Shown here: in pieces, positions 9,230 to 18,743 of the stretch | Layout of the letters: the number at the start of each line of letters is the position of its first letter | Numbering within the stretch: the stretch's first letter is position 1 | IMG/VR virus record: IMGVR_UViG_3300007510_000003 | Direction: 5' to 3' (one strand) | DNA length: 56,163 nt | Source of the DNA: an uncultured virus (IMG/VR IMGVR_UViG_3300007510_000003) | Lineage: Duplodnaviria; Heunggongvirae; Uroviricota; Caudoviricetes | Notes under the pieces: generated by a model | Databases searched by the model: none | What the model was told of the DNA's origin: nothing | The model's input: the letters and a program-made list of their open reading frames with translations, nothing else | Made by a program: the position numbers and the translations under genes

Positions 9230-10198
9230 ATGAAGAGGTTAATGCTGGTAGATGCGCAAAACCAGTTTATGAGATCCTACATTGTTAATCCCACTATGTC
9301 ACCCAATGGCGACCCCATCGGAGGTGTGGTTGGTTTTCTGCAAACGATGAATAAGTTGTGCCGACAGATCAAACCCGACCTTTTGGTTGTTGTGTGGGAT
9401 GGTGACAATGGATCTAATAAAAGACGACAACAGAACAAGAACTATAAGGTAGGTAGAAAGCCGCCGAAATTAAATCGATGGTCCCAGTCTATGAATCCTG
9501 CAGAGATTCACACAAATAAGATTTGGCAGCAGGTTAGGTGTATTGAGTACGTTAACCAAACTCCCATCATCCAGTTTAGGCAACCAAATGTCGAAGCGGA
9601 CGATGTAATTGCTTACGTCAAATCAATGCCACTCTTTCAGGAATGGCGAAAGGTTGTTGTGTCTAGTGATAAGGATTTTATACAGCTGTTGGACGATAGG
9701 ACGCTCCTGTTGAGACCAACACAGGATCAGATTCTAAATACTAGCAGAGTGCTGGAAGAACATTCTATCCATCCCTGTAACTTTGCCCTTGCCAGGGCGA
9801 TGGTTGGAGACAAGAGTGACAACATCGATGGACTCCAGGGTGTTGGACTTAAGACTGTTGCTAAGGCATTTCCGTTTCTTTCCGAAGAGAGGGATTACTA
9901 TTTGAGTGATCTCAAGGAGCATTCTGAGCGGGAAGAATCTAAACTTGCAATTTATCATAAAGTAATTGACGATTACAAGAAGGTGTGCGATAATTACTCT
10001 ATAATGCAGCTGAGTACACCGCTCATCTCCATTCAATGTGCCAACTTTATTAATTCAACCTTTGAGGAATATAAACCCATGTTCAACAAGACCGAGATAA
10101 ACAAGATGATGTCTGTTGATGGTGCGACTTCCCTGAATATCGATTGCTTGAAGACTACATTCAATGCGATGATCGAATCAGGAGTAAGTTATAACTAA
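9230..10198 (+). CDS. 5'-3' exonuclease / flap endonuclease (T4 RNase H or PolI N-terminal-like)
   Basis: LVDAQN, VVWDG, YKVGR, EADDVIA, SSDKDFIQL, GDKSDNIDGLQGVGLKT. Confidence 0.93.
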   Translation: MKRLMLVDAQNQFMRSYIVNPTMSPNGDPIGGVVGFLQTMNKLCRQIKPDLLVVVWDGDNGSNKRRQQNKNYKVGRKPPKLNRWSQSMNPAEIHTNKIWQQVRCIEYVNQTPIIQFRQPNVEADDVIAYVKSMPLFQEWRKVVVSSDKDFIQLLDDRTLLLRPTQDQILNTSRVLEEHSIHPCNFALARAMVGDKSDNIDGLQGVGLKTVAKAFPFLSEERDYYLSDLKEHSEREESKLAIYHKVIDDYKKVCDNYSIMQLSTPLISIQCANFINSTFEEYKPMFNKTEINKMMSVDGATSLNIDCLKTTFNAMIESGVSYN

Positions 10199-11580
10199 TG
10201 GATAAAATGAATCAAGACTTCTCTAAGTTCGGAAAGAACTTTCAAGAAAACCTGTGCCACTTAATCTTGGATGATCGTCCCTTTGCGGATCAGATCTTTG
10301 AGGTCTTGGACATAAATTTCCTTGAATTAACTTATCTCAGAGTCTTTGTTAACAAGATCAAGGGGTATAAGAAAAAGTATGGCGTACACCCCACTAGAAA
10401 GATAATGACCAGCATATTGCGAACTGGCATCACTGAGGAGCAAGACTCTGTGCAGAAGATGTTGAGGGATTATTATGCTAGGGTATTGTCTCAAGAAATC
10501 AACCATTCAGAGTCTGGATATATAAAGGATACTGCCCTTGACTTCTGTAAGAAGCAGAAGTTACAAGAAGCGATGATCAGGTGTGTTCCGCTGTTAAAGA
10601 AGTCATCGTTTGACCAGGTTGCAAAAGTAATCAACGATGCAATCAAACTAGGAACCTCAAATGACCTCGGGTATGATTATATGGAGGATTTTGAACAGCG
10701 ATTTGAAAAGAAGGCAAGAAATCCAGTTACTACTGGGTGGGATCCACTTGACGATATCTCTAAAGGTGGACTTGGAAAGGGTGAACTTGGTGTTGTGATT
10801 GCACCAACAGGTGCTGGCAAGTCCATGGTGCTAGTTCATCTTGGATCTAAAGCGCTGCAGGAAGGAAAGAATGTGGTGCACTACACTCTAGAGTTGGCTG
10901 ACACTGTTGTCGCCAATAGATATGATAGTTGCATTACTGGGTATCATCTCAATGACATAACAGCATTCAAGGAACAGATTTACGATGACTTGAAGGATTT
11001 AAAAGGTAAACTCATCGTAAAAGAGTATCCTACTAGGTCAGCTACTATCCAGACGATAAAGAACCACATCGAGAAGATGAAAAACCAGGAGTTTGTTCCA
11101 GATCTAATTATTGTAGATTATGCTGACTTGATAAAACCAGAGGGATCCTCAAAAGAAGAGAAAAGACACCAACTTGAGGCTATTTATGAAGAATTGCGTG
11201 GCATTTCACAGGAGGTCGGTTGCCCAATTTGGACCGCCTCCCAGACTAATCGGTCTGGTCTCAATGCAGAGGTTATTACTATGGAGTCAATATCTGAAGC
11301 ATTCAATAAGTGCTTCGTCGCGGATTTTATTTTCTCTGTCTCAAGAACTGTTGAGGACAAAAATACCAATAGTGGAAGAATTTACATCGCAAAGAACAGA
11401 AATGGTCCCGATGGTATGATATACCCCATATTTATGGATACTGCTAATGTCAAAATCAAGGTCTTGCCGAAGGCGATGACGCAAGAGGAGATGGAAGATA
11501 TTGTTAAAGATGCAGCAAAGAAACAAAAGAAATTATTGAATGAAAAGTATAAAGAGTTTAAAGGAGGGTCGAAGAAGTGA
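10198..11580 (+). CDS. DnaB/gp41-like replicative helicase
   Basis: APTGAGKS Walker A, YTLEL, IIVDYADL, WTASQTNR, AKNRNGPDG. Confidence 0.93.
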   Translation: MDKMNQDFSKFGKNFQENLCHLILDDRPFADQIFEVLDINFLELTYLRVFVNKIKGYKKKYGVHPTRKIMTSILRTGITEEQDSVQKMLRDYYARVLSQEINHSESGYIKDTALDFCKKQKLQEAMIRCVPLLKKSSFDQVAKVINDAIKLGTSNDLGYDYMEDFEQRFEKKARNPVTTGWDPLDDISKGGLGKGELGVVIAPTGAGKSMVLVHLGSKALQEGKNVVHYTLELADTVVANRYDSCITGYHLNDITAFKEQIYDDLKDLKGKLIVKEYPTRSATIQTIKNHIEKMKNQEFVPDLIIVDYADLIKPEGSSKEEKRHQLEAIYEELRGISQEVGCPIWTASQTNRSGLNAEVITMESISEAFNKCFVADFIFSVSRTVEDKNTNSGRIYIAKNRNGPDGMIYPIFMDTANVKIKVLPKAMTQEEMEDIVKDAAKKQKKLLNEKYKEFKGGSKK

Positions 11581-13439
11581 GTTTATCAAATGACATTTTG
11601 TCAGAAATAACTGTGCACATGAAATATGCCAAGTATGTGCCAGAAAAGAACAGGAGAGAGACGTGGCATGAACTGGTTACAAGAAATATGGAGATGCACT
11701 TAAAGAAGTTTCCAGAACTAGAGTTGCAGATTAGAAAAAATTATAAGTTGGTGTTTGACAAGAAGGTTTTGCCTTCTATGAGGTCCCTGCAGTTTGGCGG
11801 CAAACCAATTGAGGTTGCTCCTAACAGGATTTTTAACTGCGCTTTCATGCCAATCGATGATTGGCGATCATTCGGCGAGGCGATGTTCTTGCTGCTTGGT
11901 GGTACGGGTGTTGGATATAGTGTTCAAAAGCATCACGTCGAAAAACTACCAGAAATTACTAGACCAAACATGAAAAGAACACGAAGGTTTTTGGTCAACG
12001 ACTCTATTGAAGGTTGGGCAGATGCTGTAAAGGCATTGGTTCGTTCCTATTTCAATGGAGGTTCTAGACTTAGATTTGATTATACAGACATCCGTCCAAA
12101 AGGCGCGGCACTCGTAACATCGGGAGGCAAAGCACCTGGACCACAACCACTAAGAGAGTGTCTTGTGAAGTTGGAAGGTATGTTATCTGAAAAGGAGAGC
12201 GGTGACAAACTTTCTTCTATTGAAGTTCACGATATGGTTTGCCATATCGCAGACGCTGTACTTGCGGGAGGTATCCGCAGGGCAGCGCTTATATCGCTAT
12301 TCTCAGCAGACGACGAGGAGATGATCTCTGCTAAGACTGGCAACTGGTGGGAGACAAACCCACAGAGAGGACGTGCAAACAACTCAGTTGTATTATTGAG
12401 ACACAAGATTGATAAAGAATATTTTATGAATTTGTGGGACCGAGTCAAAGCATCAGGGGCAGGAGAACCTGGGTTTTACTTCTCCAATGATAAGGACTGG
12501 GGCACTAACCCTTGCTGTGAAATAGGTCTCCGACCGTATCAGTTTTGTAATTTGACTGAGGTAAATGTATCTGATTTGGAAGGGCAGGAGGACTTGGAGA
12601 GCAGAGTCCGCGCTGCTAGTTTTATCGGAACACTTCAGGCGAGTTACACTGATTTTCATTATCTTAGAGACGTATGGAGAAGAACAACAGAGAAAGATGC
12701 ACTCATTGGCGTATCGATGACGGGTATTGCATCTGGCAAGGTTCTTCTTTTGGATATGAAGGCAGCTGCCGCTACTGTCAAGAAGGAGAATGCTAGAGTC
12801 GCAGAGTTGATTGGTGTAAAACCAGCAGCTAGAACAACATGTGTTAAACCAGCTGGTACCACAAGTCTTGCGCTTGGTACTTCCTCTGGTATTCATGCTT
12901 GGCACAATGATTTTTATGTTCGTCGTATTCGTGTTGGCAAGAATGAACCGATTTATTCTTACTTGGCGAAGAATCATCCTGAGTTGGTTGAAGACGAGTA
13001 CTTTAGCCCACACAGTACGGCAGTTATCTCCATCCCTCAGCGAGCCCCAGAAGGTGCTATAATGAGAACAGAGTCTGCTCTTCAGTTGCTTAAGAGAGTA
13101 AAGCAGGTGACGGACGAATGGGTAAAGCCAGGTTTCCGAAAGGGTCAGAATACTCACAATATTTCTGCAACTGTGTCGATCAAGGACGCTGAGTGGGTCG
13201 ACGTCGGTGAATGGATGTGGGAAAATAGGAACAGTTATAATGGACTGTCAGTGCTGCCATACGATGGTGGAACGTACACCCAGGCACCCTTCGAAGACTG
13301 CGCAGAGGAGACCTATGAAGCGATGATGGCATCCCTCACTAAGGTTGACCTCTCAAAGGTTGTTGAAGAGGAAGACAATACAGATCTGCAGGGCGAAATT
13401 GCCTGCGCTGGCGGAGCTTGTGAAATTAAGTTTGTTTGA
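11577..13439 (+). CDS. nrdJ: Ribonucleotide reductase, probably class II (B12-dependent, monomeric RTPR type)
   Basis: LPSMRSL, FNCAF, GGIRRAALI, TNPCCEI, CNLTE, TCVKPAGTTS, C-terminal CAGGACE; no small-subunit gene adjacent. Confidence 0.88.
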   Translation: MSLSNDILSEITVHMKYAKYVPEKNRRETWHELVTRNMEMHLKKFPELELQIRKNYKLVFDKKVLPSMRSLQFGGKPIEVAPNRIFNCAFMPIDDWRSFGEAMFLLLGGTGVGYSVQKHHVEKLPEITRPNMKRTRRFLVNDSIEGWADAVKALVRSYFNGGSRLRFDYTDIRPKGAALVTSGGKAPGPQPLRECLVKLEGMLSEKESGDKLSSIEVHDMVCHIADAVLAGGIRRAALISLFSADDEEMISAKTGNWWETNPQRGRANNSVVLLRHKIDKEYFMNLWDRVKASGAGEPGFYFSNDKDWGTNPCCEIGLRPYQFCNLTEVNVSDLEGQEDLESRVRAASFIGTLQASYTDFHYLRDVWRRTTEKDALIGVSMTGIASGKVLLLDMKAAAATVKKENARVAELIGVKPAARTTCVKPAGTTSLALGTSSGIHAWHNDFYVRRIRVGKNEPIYSYLAKNHPELVEDEYFSPHSTAVISIPQRAPEGAIMRTESALQLLKRVKQVTDEWVKPGFRKGQNTHNISATVSIKDAEWVDVGEWMWENRNSYNGLSVLPYDGGTYTQAPFEDCAEETYEAMMASLTKVDLSKVVEEEDNTDLQGEIACAGGACEIKFV

Positions 13440-13446
13440 CTCCTGC

Positions 13447-13479
13447 TTGTCTCAAACACTTCACACAAATGGCACAACA
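13447..13479 (+). promoter_or_regulatory. Candidate Pho box (three 11-bp-spaced half-sites)
   Basis: GTCTCA (13449), TTCACA (13460) and GGCACA (13471) at 11-bp period upstream of a PiT-like gene. Confidence 0.4.
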
Positions 13480-13529
13480 ACATCTCTAACATAGAGTATA
13501 CTTATCCAAGTTAAAAGGAGTTTATAGAA

Positions 13530-14465
13530 ATGTTAGAGATGATTTTGCCCCTTGTTGGGATCACCCTTGCTGGCACAGCGGTTATGAGTAACGATGCCGT
13601 TCAAACCTTGGGAACGTTTATGGTGTCGAATAAGAAGACGCCATGGTGGAAACTGTGGGCAGCTGCCTCATCAGTGCTTGTTGCGACTGTTTTGTACAGT
13701 TGGTTTGCATATGGAGGAGACATATCCTTCGGACGCCTAGAGAAGATACCTTTCGTAACAGTTGAGTGGTACCATGCATTAGCACCAGGTGTTTTACTGT
13801 TGCTGACAAGATATGGCATTCCAGTCTCTACGACATTCTTGGTGTTATCCGCCTTTGCTAGTACTGTTGTTTTTGAGAAGATGTTGGTTAAGAGTGTCCT
13901 TGGATATGCCATAGCAGCAACTGTAGCTTACGGGTTTTGGATGATTCTGTCCAAATACTTAGACGAAAAGAAGAAGGTTAAACCAGACCATGAACGTGCC
14001 TGGCGCATCGCCCAGTGGGGTACAACGGGATTCTTATGGTTCACTTGGCTAAGTCATGACCTCGCGAACATAGCAGTGTTCGCACCAAGACAGATGAGCG
14101 TAGAGTTCTTGTCAGGCGTGCTTGTGTTATTGGTGTCTGTGTTGGGGTATGTCTTTTATACCAAGGGTGGCAAGATACAGCAGATAGTAATTGAGAAATC
14201 CTCTACGTCTTATGTGCGCTCGGCCACAATCATCGATGCGGTTTATGCTTTTATCTTACTGTACCTAAAGCAGATGAACAACATTCCCATGAGCACAACG
14301 TGGGTGTTTGTAGGGTTGCTTTGTGGTCGTGAACTCGCCATTGCAACGAGAATGGATAGAAAGGTGAAAAAGGTCTTTCCTCTTGTCGCCAAGGACTTCA
14401 TGAAGATGATGTTGGGACTGTCCGTTTCGATCATTATTGTGTTACTGGTTCAGGAGGTGTCGTGA
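13530..14465 (+). CDS. Multi-pass membrane protein, PiT-like phosphate/anion permease
   Basis: Many hydrophobic segments; internally duplicated PiT-like signatures SNDAVQTLGT / SHDLANIAV and GIPVSTT / NIPMSTT. Confidence 0.75.
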   Translation: MLEMILPLVGITLAGTAVMSNDAVQTLGTFMVSNKKTPWWKLWAAASSVLVATVLYSWFAYGGDISFGRLEKIPFVTVEWYHALAPGVLLLLTRYGIPVSTTFLVLSAFASTVVFEKMLVKSVLGYAIAATVAYGFWMILSKYLDEKKKVKPDHERAWRIAQWGTTGFLWFTWLSHDLANIAVFAPRQMSVEFLSGVLVLLVSVLGYVFYTKGGKIQQIVIEKSSTSYVRSATIIDAVYAFILLYLKQMNNIPMSTTWVFVGLLCGRELAIATRMDRKVKKVFPLVAKDFMKMMLGLSVSIIIVLLVQEVS

Positions 14466-14468
14466 ACG

Positions 14469-14540
14469 ATGGCAAGGTTACTGTTGTTGCAAGCGGCCAT
14501 CATCTACGTATGGTACATGTTTCCGCCCCTTCAATCTTAA
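14469..14540 (+). CDS. Small hydrophobic peptide (MARLLLLQAAIIYVWYMFPPLQS)
   Basis: AGGAGGT RBS upstream; 23 aa single hydrophobic helix; below the ORF track cutoff. Confidence 0.4.
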   Translation: MARLLLLQAAIIYVWYMFPPLQS

Positions 14541-14572
14541 ATAATTTTATTTCATTTTGTTTGAAAAAACAC

Positions 14573-14601
14573 TTGCATTAATTGATATAATTTAGTATTA
14601 T
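14573..14601 (+). promoter_or_regulatory. Sigma70-type promoter
   Basis: TTGCAT-17 nt-TATTAT in an AT-rich gap, with an AAGGAG RBS before 14628. Confidence 0.65.
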
Positions 14602-14627
14602 TATTCTACCAATGGAAAGGAGTTACT

Positions 14628-14900
14628 ATGTTTGGTGATAAAGAAGAAGATCATATGACAAAGGACGAGCACATCGTCAAATTTATTAAGGCATTTGTTG
14701 CCATTGAAGAGGAGATGCAACCTCTCAAGGAGCATCTGAAAGACCTAAGATCCAGTTATGCTGAGAACGATTGGTTGACCAAAGAAGACATGCGTATGGC
14801 GGTCAAGGTATATCGAATGTTAAAGCAAGGTGATGACCTTGAGATGATTACCGATTACTTTAACCACCTAAAGCAAAACTTCGGAGGCGCCGATGACTGA
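14628..14900 (+). CDS. Small helical protein resembling the GapR/DUF2312/T4 DsbA dsDNA-binding family
   Basis: Pattern FIKAFVAIEEEMQPLKEHLKDL...MRMAVKVYRM and ~90 aa size. Confidence 0.5.
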   Translation: MFGDKEEDHMTKDEHIVKFIKAFVAIEEEMQPLKEHLKDLRSSYAENDWLTKEDMRMAVKVYRMLKQGDDLEMITDYFNHLKQNFGGADD

Positions 14901-15213
14901 TTTGATGATGCTGAAACCTGTCAACAGACACATTGCAATTGTGCCACACTACAAGGAAGAGAAGACGGACACTGGTGTAATTTTACCAGATGATTTCAAG
15001 CAAGAAGAGTCCAGGTTCATCAAGGCAACCGTAGTGGATGTTGCTTCTGATTGTAAGAAGGACTTTCATGAGTTGAAGTTTAACAGAATCGGACCGAAAG
15101 AGATTGTTGTTGACAAGTCTATGATTGAGGAAGTTGAAGCAGGTGGTAGAACACACTACATGATTTTAGAAAACTATGTAGTTGGGATCTACAGGAGGCC
15201 GAATGAGAATTGA
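14893..15213 (+). CDS. groES: GroES-like co-chaperonin
   Basis: LKPVNRHIAI, EEKTDTGVILPD mobile loop, YMILENYVVG. Confidence 0.8.
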   Translation: MTDLMMLKPVNRHIAIVPHYKEEKTDTGVILPDDFKQEESRFIKATVVDVASDCKKDFHELKFNRIGPKEIVVDKSMIEEVEAGGRTHYMILENYVVGIYRRPNEN

Positions 15214-15910
15214 ACTATATGGAGACGATATAGGTGCGGTTGAATACATTTCACATATGGGTTCAGATTTGTCGGTTGTTAATGCAGCGCGGGTCTCTTT
15301 TGGGTCGGAAAAGGAAGAAGTAGATGAGAAGGACATCAAACTCATCAATTATCTTATGTCCCATAATCATTCTTCTCCTTTTGAGCACTGCACTGTTACT
15401 TTTAGGTTCACGGTACCTTTGTTTATTCGTAGTCAGCATCATCGACACCGCACTTGGGCATACAATGAGATATCTAGAAGGTATACTGCTGTAGATATGG
15501 AGTTCTATGAACCTAGAGAATTTAGAACCCAGCACGAAAGTAATAGACAGGCGAGTAAGGATAAATTAACAAATCCAATACTGGAATACAACAGGTCAGG
15601 ATTTCCAGTTTCCGCTCTAGCGGCAGACTTGGTAAAATCTCATCACTCAGAGAGTCTGAAGTTGTTTGAAAGTCTGCTTGATGCGGGTGTCTGCAGGGAA
15701 CAGGCCAGAGGTATCCTCCCTCAGAATTTATACACCAAATATTATGGAACTGTTAATTTACACAACCTTCTTAAGTTTGTGCAGCTGCGCTCACATGAGG
15801 GCGCCCAGTGGGAGATCCAACAGGTTGCCGAGGCATGCCTGGAGATTGTAGAGGGTCTGTTCCCACACTCAGTACAATCATTTATATTGAATAAGATGGA
15901 GGAGAGATAA
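15203..15910 (+). CDS. thyX: Flavin-dependent thymidylate synthase
   Basis: VVNAARVSF, HSSPFEH, RHRTWAYNEISRRY, REQARGILP, LRSHEGAQWEI; start placed at ATG 15203 after AGGAGG. Confidence 0.95.
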   Translation: MRIELYGDDIGAVEYISHMGSDLSVVNAARVSFGSEKEEVDEKDIKLINYLMSHNHSSPFEHCTVTFRFTVPLFIRSQHHRHRTWAYNEISRRYTAVDMEFYEPREFRTQHESNRQASKDKLTNPILEYNRSGFPVSALAADLVKSHHSESLKLFESLLDAGVCREQARGILPQNLYTKYYGTVNLHNLLKFVQLRSHEGAQWEIQQVAEACLEIVEGLFPHSVQSFILNKMEER

Positions 15911-16392
15911 TGCCAGTCTCAATGCTAGCACTCTGTGCAATTATCGGCAGCAGTTTTGGACTTACAGATTCTTCATCACGCAGAGCGTGCTCTTATGTTC
16001 CAACAATAATTGCAGAAGCAGAAAAGAATGACATTGAACCATCTCTCTTGGCGGCCGTAATTATGGCCGAGAGTTCGTTTGTACCGTGGGTCACTTCGCC
16101 AGCGGGAGCATGCGGACTCACTCAGGTAATACCTAGATGGACAGGTGGACCAGAAACCAAAAATAGGAAATACACTTGCGAACAGTTGAAGAACCCGAAA
16201 GTGTCAATAAAAGTAGGCGCCCAAATCTTATCTTACAATATAAGGGTTTATGCCAAGGGTAATGTAAACAAGGGGTTGTGCTTTTATAGTACTGGCACGA
16301 TCTGCTTGCGCTGGAAGAATTCTTATGATAGAATGCATTATATTAAGATTGTGAAGAAATATAAATCTATCTTAGATGAAGATGGATGTTGA
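15910..16392 (+). CDS. SLT-family lytic transglycosylase with N-terminal signal/anchor
   Basis: LLAAVIMAESSF (catalytic Glu), SPAGACGLTQV, LKNPKVSIKVGAQIL. Confidence 0.85.
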   Translation: MPVSMLALCAIIGSSFGLTDSSSRRACSYVPTIIAEAEKNDIEPSLLAAVIMAESSFVPWVTSPAGACGLTQVIPRWTGGPETKNRKYTCEQLKNPKVSIKVGAQILSYNIRVYAKGNVNKGLCFYSTGTICLRWKNSYDRMHYIKIVKKYKSILDEDGC

Positions 16393-16417
16393 GATAGGGA
16401 GCGTACGAGGAGGTACC

Positions 16418-16687
16418 ATGAAGACAAGAAGTATTTTTATATTCTATGGCGTTTTTGCCTTGGGTTTGTTTGGGGTTTATCAGTATAAAGGGGCAGAGCG
16501 TCAAGAGAGCGCGAGAGAAGCAAAGATTCAATCTCAAGCACTCAATGAAAGTATAGATCGTATAATTGAAAAATCAGATACTGTACTGAGGATTCTGGAA
16601 TCGACGCAAGCAGATCTCGAAGAAACTTCAAAAGACCTAAATGAAGTAAAGGGAATCCTTAAGTTGAGAAACAAAAATGAAAAGTAG
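16418..16687 (+). CDS. Membrane-anchored coiled-coil protein
   Basis: N-terminal TM segment then heptad-rich region; GGAGG RBS before ATG 16418. Confidence 0.65.
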   Translation: MKTRSIFIFYGVFALGLFGVYQYKGAERQESAREAKIQSQALNESIDRIIEKSDTVLRILESTQADLEETSKDLNEVKGILKLRNKNEK

Positions 16688-18743
16688 AATTTTGTTCTGT
16701 ATGCTATTTGTTGTTGCTTGTACAGACTCGACGCCCATCGGCACTGCACCAGCACCAGATGTACAAAGAATGGTGATTGTTGATTCCTCTGTTGACACTC
16801 AGATTGTTGAAATCCCAGATATCACTGTAGATGCTTGGGTGGACCCCTGTGCTAATCTTGCGAACACTGATGATTTATATTGCACCTGCAATCCGACTTG
16901 TTGCCAACGCCAAACTTGGTACTGTCCACCTACGGGAACAGAGATTCGGGCAAAATATGCAATCCTAGACATTTGTGGAGAAGATTTGATTCCCTGTGAT
17001 AGAAACAGAGATCCAAACTGTCCACCAGCAGAGATTTTAGAGGAATCTGAATGTGTACACGCATTCGACTGTCCTCCTGGGATAAACGAAGACTTCACGA
17101 TGTATTATGATTGTGAAATAGATGGCACCACAGGTAGACAGGAAGTTAAATGTGACAAGGGCAGACTTTACTACGGAGAGTGTATTACTTGTTTTGAAGA
17201 GGAAGAGGTTTGTGACAACCAGGATAACGACTGCGATGGCAATGTTGATGAAAACCAGTTAAATGCCTGCGGTGGTTGTGGACAGGTTCCAGAAGACATT
17301 TGCGACGGACTTGATAATGATTGCGACGGTTCAGCTGACGAACAACTTATTAGAGAGTGTTCAACTACTTGTAACTCAGGTTTAGAGATATGTGCAAACG
17401 GCAACTGGATAGGTTGCACTGCTCAAAGACCTGCACCTGAAGCCTGCGATGGCGAGGATAATGACTGTGATAATCTAGTTGACGAAGGTTTGAACTGCCA
17501 ATGCCCACCAGAGTCAGTGGGCGCGCTCGTGCCCTGCATGGAACCTCCCTTAACTTGTGGTATGGGGTTTAAGACTTGCGAGTGTATTAATGAGGAGTGC
17601 CAAATCACTCAGATGACCGAGTGCTTTGCTCTTTGCCATTGGGTTCCTGAGTTAGAACCTGGTGAGGAGTGCGATCAGTTTGCAGGAGTTGCCATAAACC
17701 CTGAGATGTGCAACGACTTCGATGAAGACTGTGATAGTTTGATAGATGAACAGCTTGTTAGAGATTGCTACACTGGGCCTGAAGGTACCTTGAATGTGGG
17801 AATCTGCGAAATGGGAGAGCAGTCTTGTAACAGAGGGCAGTGGTATGGAGACCACCCAACACAAGGTCAAGTCGTTGACTTTTGTGGAGGTGAAACTTTA
17901 CCACAGGAGGAAATCTGCAATGGTGCTGACGATGACTGTGACGGTATCGTAGACTACGGAGAGGAAATTCCAGAGACAGATATTTTATTTTTAGTAGACT
18001 GGTCTGGTTCCATGGAGAACTATATCAATGCAGTGAGGATGGCAATGAATAGATTTGCTCAGAATTTTGCAGCAGAGGATAAATTGAAGTGGGGACTAAT
18101 CGTTGGACCTAAAGGAGCCCCTACTCCTACTGGCACGCAAGAGATGCTTATTATGGAGTCGAATATCACTGAGTTCGATCAGTTCCTAACAGCATTTTCC
18201 AATGTAGGGCAGTTCGACAACTCGACAGGCAACGAGCAATTTAAGGATGCCATTTTACTCGCTCTGCAAAACATCTCTGGCAATGTTAACTATAACTTTG
18301 CTCAAGCAACTTGGGCCAATAGAATGGGTTCAATCCCAGAATTAAAATTCTTCAAGGTGAACTGGAGACCAAACGCAGATAGGATTATTGTCTTATTTAG
18401 TGATGAATATGCACAGTCCTACTTGGTTCCAACTGTCACTGCAACTCAAGTCTTGGAAGCACTTGAATCTACTCCGAACTTAAAGTTTTATGCTTTCGCA
18501 GAAAGGCGCTCTCGTGTTTGGAACGACTATGTGACAAGTGGCAATGGAACTATTTTTGAACTATCTCGCAACCAACAGCAAATGTATGATGACTTAATGT
18601 CTATCTTGGATGACATTTGTTTGGGATCATCTGAGCAGGAGGCAACGTATGTAACACCTTCAGGGTTCATGAACGTCTCTGGGATTGTAATAGATGAATC
18701 ATATGGTTCCAGGTATGATTTTGCCATGGGTATGTGCTATTGA
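16677..18743 (+). CDS. Cys-rich lipoprotein with MopE-related metal-binding repeats and a C-terminal vWA domain
   Basis: Lipobox VVAC; five E-x-C-D/N-x-x-D-x-D-C-D-x-x-x-D repeats; MIDAS DILFLVDWSGSM. Confidence 0.85.
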   Translation: MKSRILFCMLFVVACTDSTPIGTAPAPDVQRMVIVDSSVDTQIVEIPDITVDAWVDPCANLANTDDLYCTCNPTCCQRQTWYCPPTGTEIRAKYAILDICGEDLIPCDRNRDPNCPPAEILEESECVHAFDCPPGINEDFTMYYDCEIDGTTGRQEVKCDKGRLYYGECITCFEEEEVCDNQDNDCDGNVDENQLNACGGCGQVPEDICDGLDNDCDGSADEQLIRECSTTCNSGLEICANGNWIGCTAQRPAPEACDGEDNDCDNLVDEGLNCQCPPESVGALVPCMEPPLTCGMGFKTCECINEECQITQMTECFALCHWVPELEPGEECDQFAGVAINPEMCNDFDEDCDSLIDEQLVRDCYTGPEGTLNVGICEMGEQSCNRGQWYGDHPTQGQVVDFCGGETLPQEEICNGADDDCDGIVDYGEEIPETDILFLVDWSGSMENYINAVRMAMNRFAQNFAAEDKLKWGLIVGPKGAPTPTGTQEMLIMESNITEFDQFLTAFSNVGQFDNSTGNEQFKDAILLALQNISGNVNYNFAQATWANRMGSIPELKFFKVNWRPNADRIIVLFSDEYAQSYLVPTVTATQVLEALESTPNLKFYAFAERRSRVWNDYVTSGNGTIFELSRNQQQMYDDLMSILDDICLGSSEQEATYVTPSGFMNVSGIVIDESYGSRYDFAMGMCY

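Noticed and set aside
12453..13157. 234-aa minus-strand ORF
   Set aside because: Lies wholly antisense to the well-supported ribonucleotide reductase and has no recognisable motifs.
15910..18743. Endolysin + i-spanin + o-spanin lysis cassette
   Set aside because: The order (SLT, TM coiled coil, lipoprotein) is suggestive, but the lipoprotein is 688 aa with a vWA domain, unlike an o-spanin.
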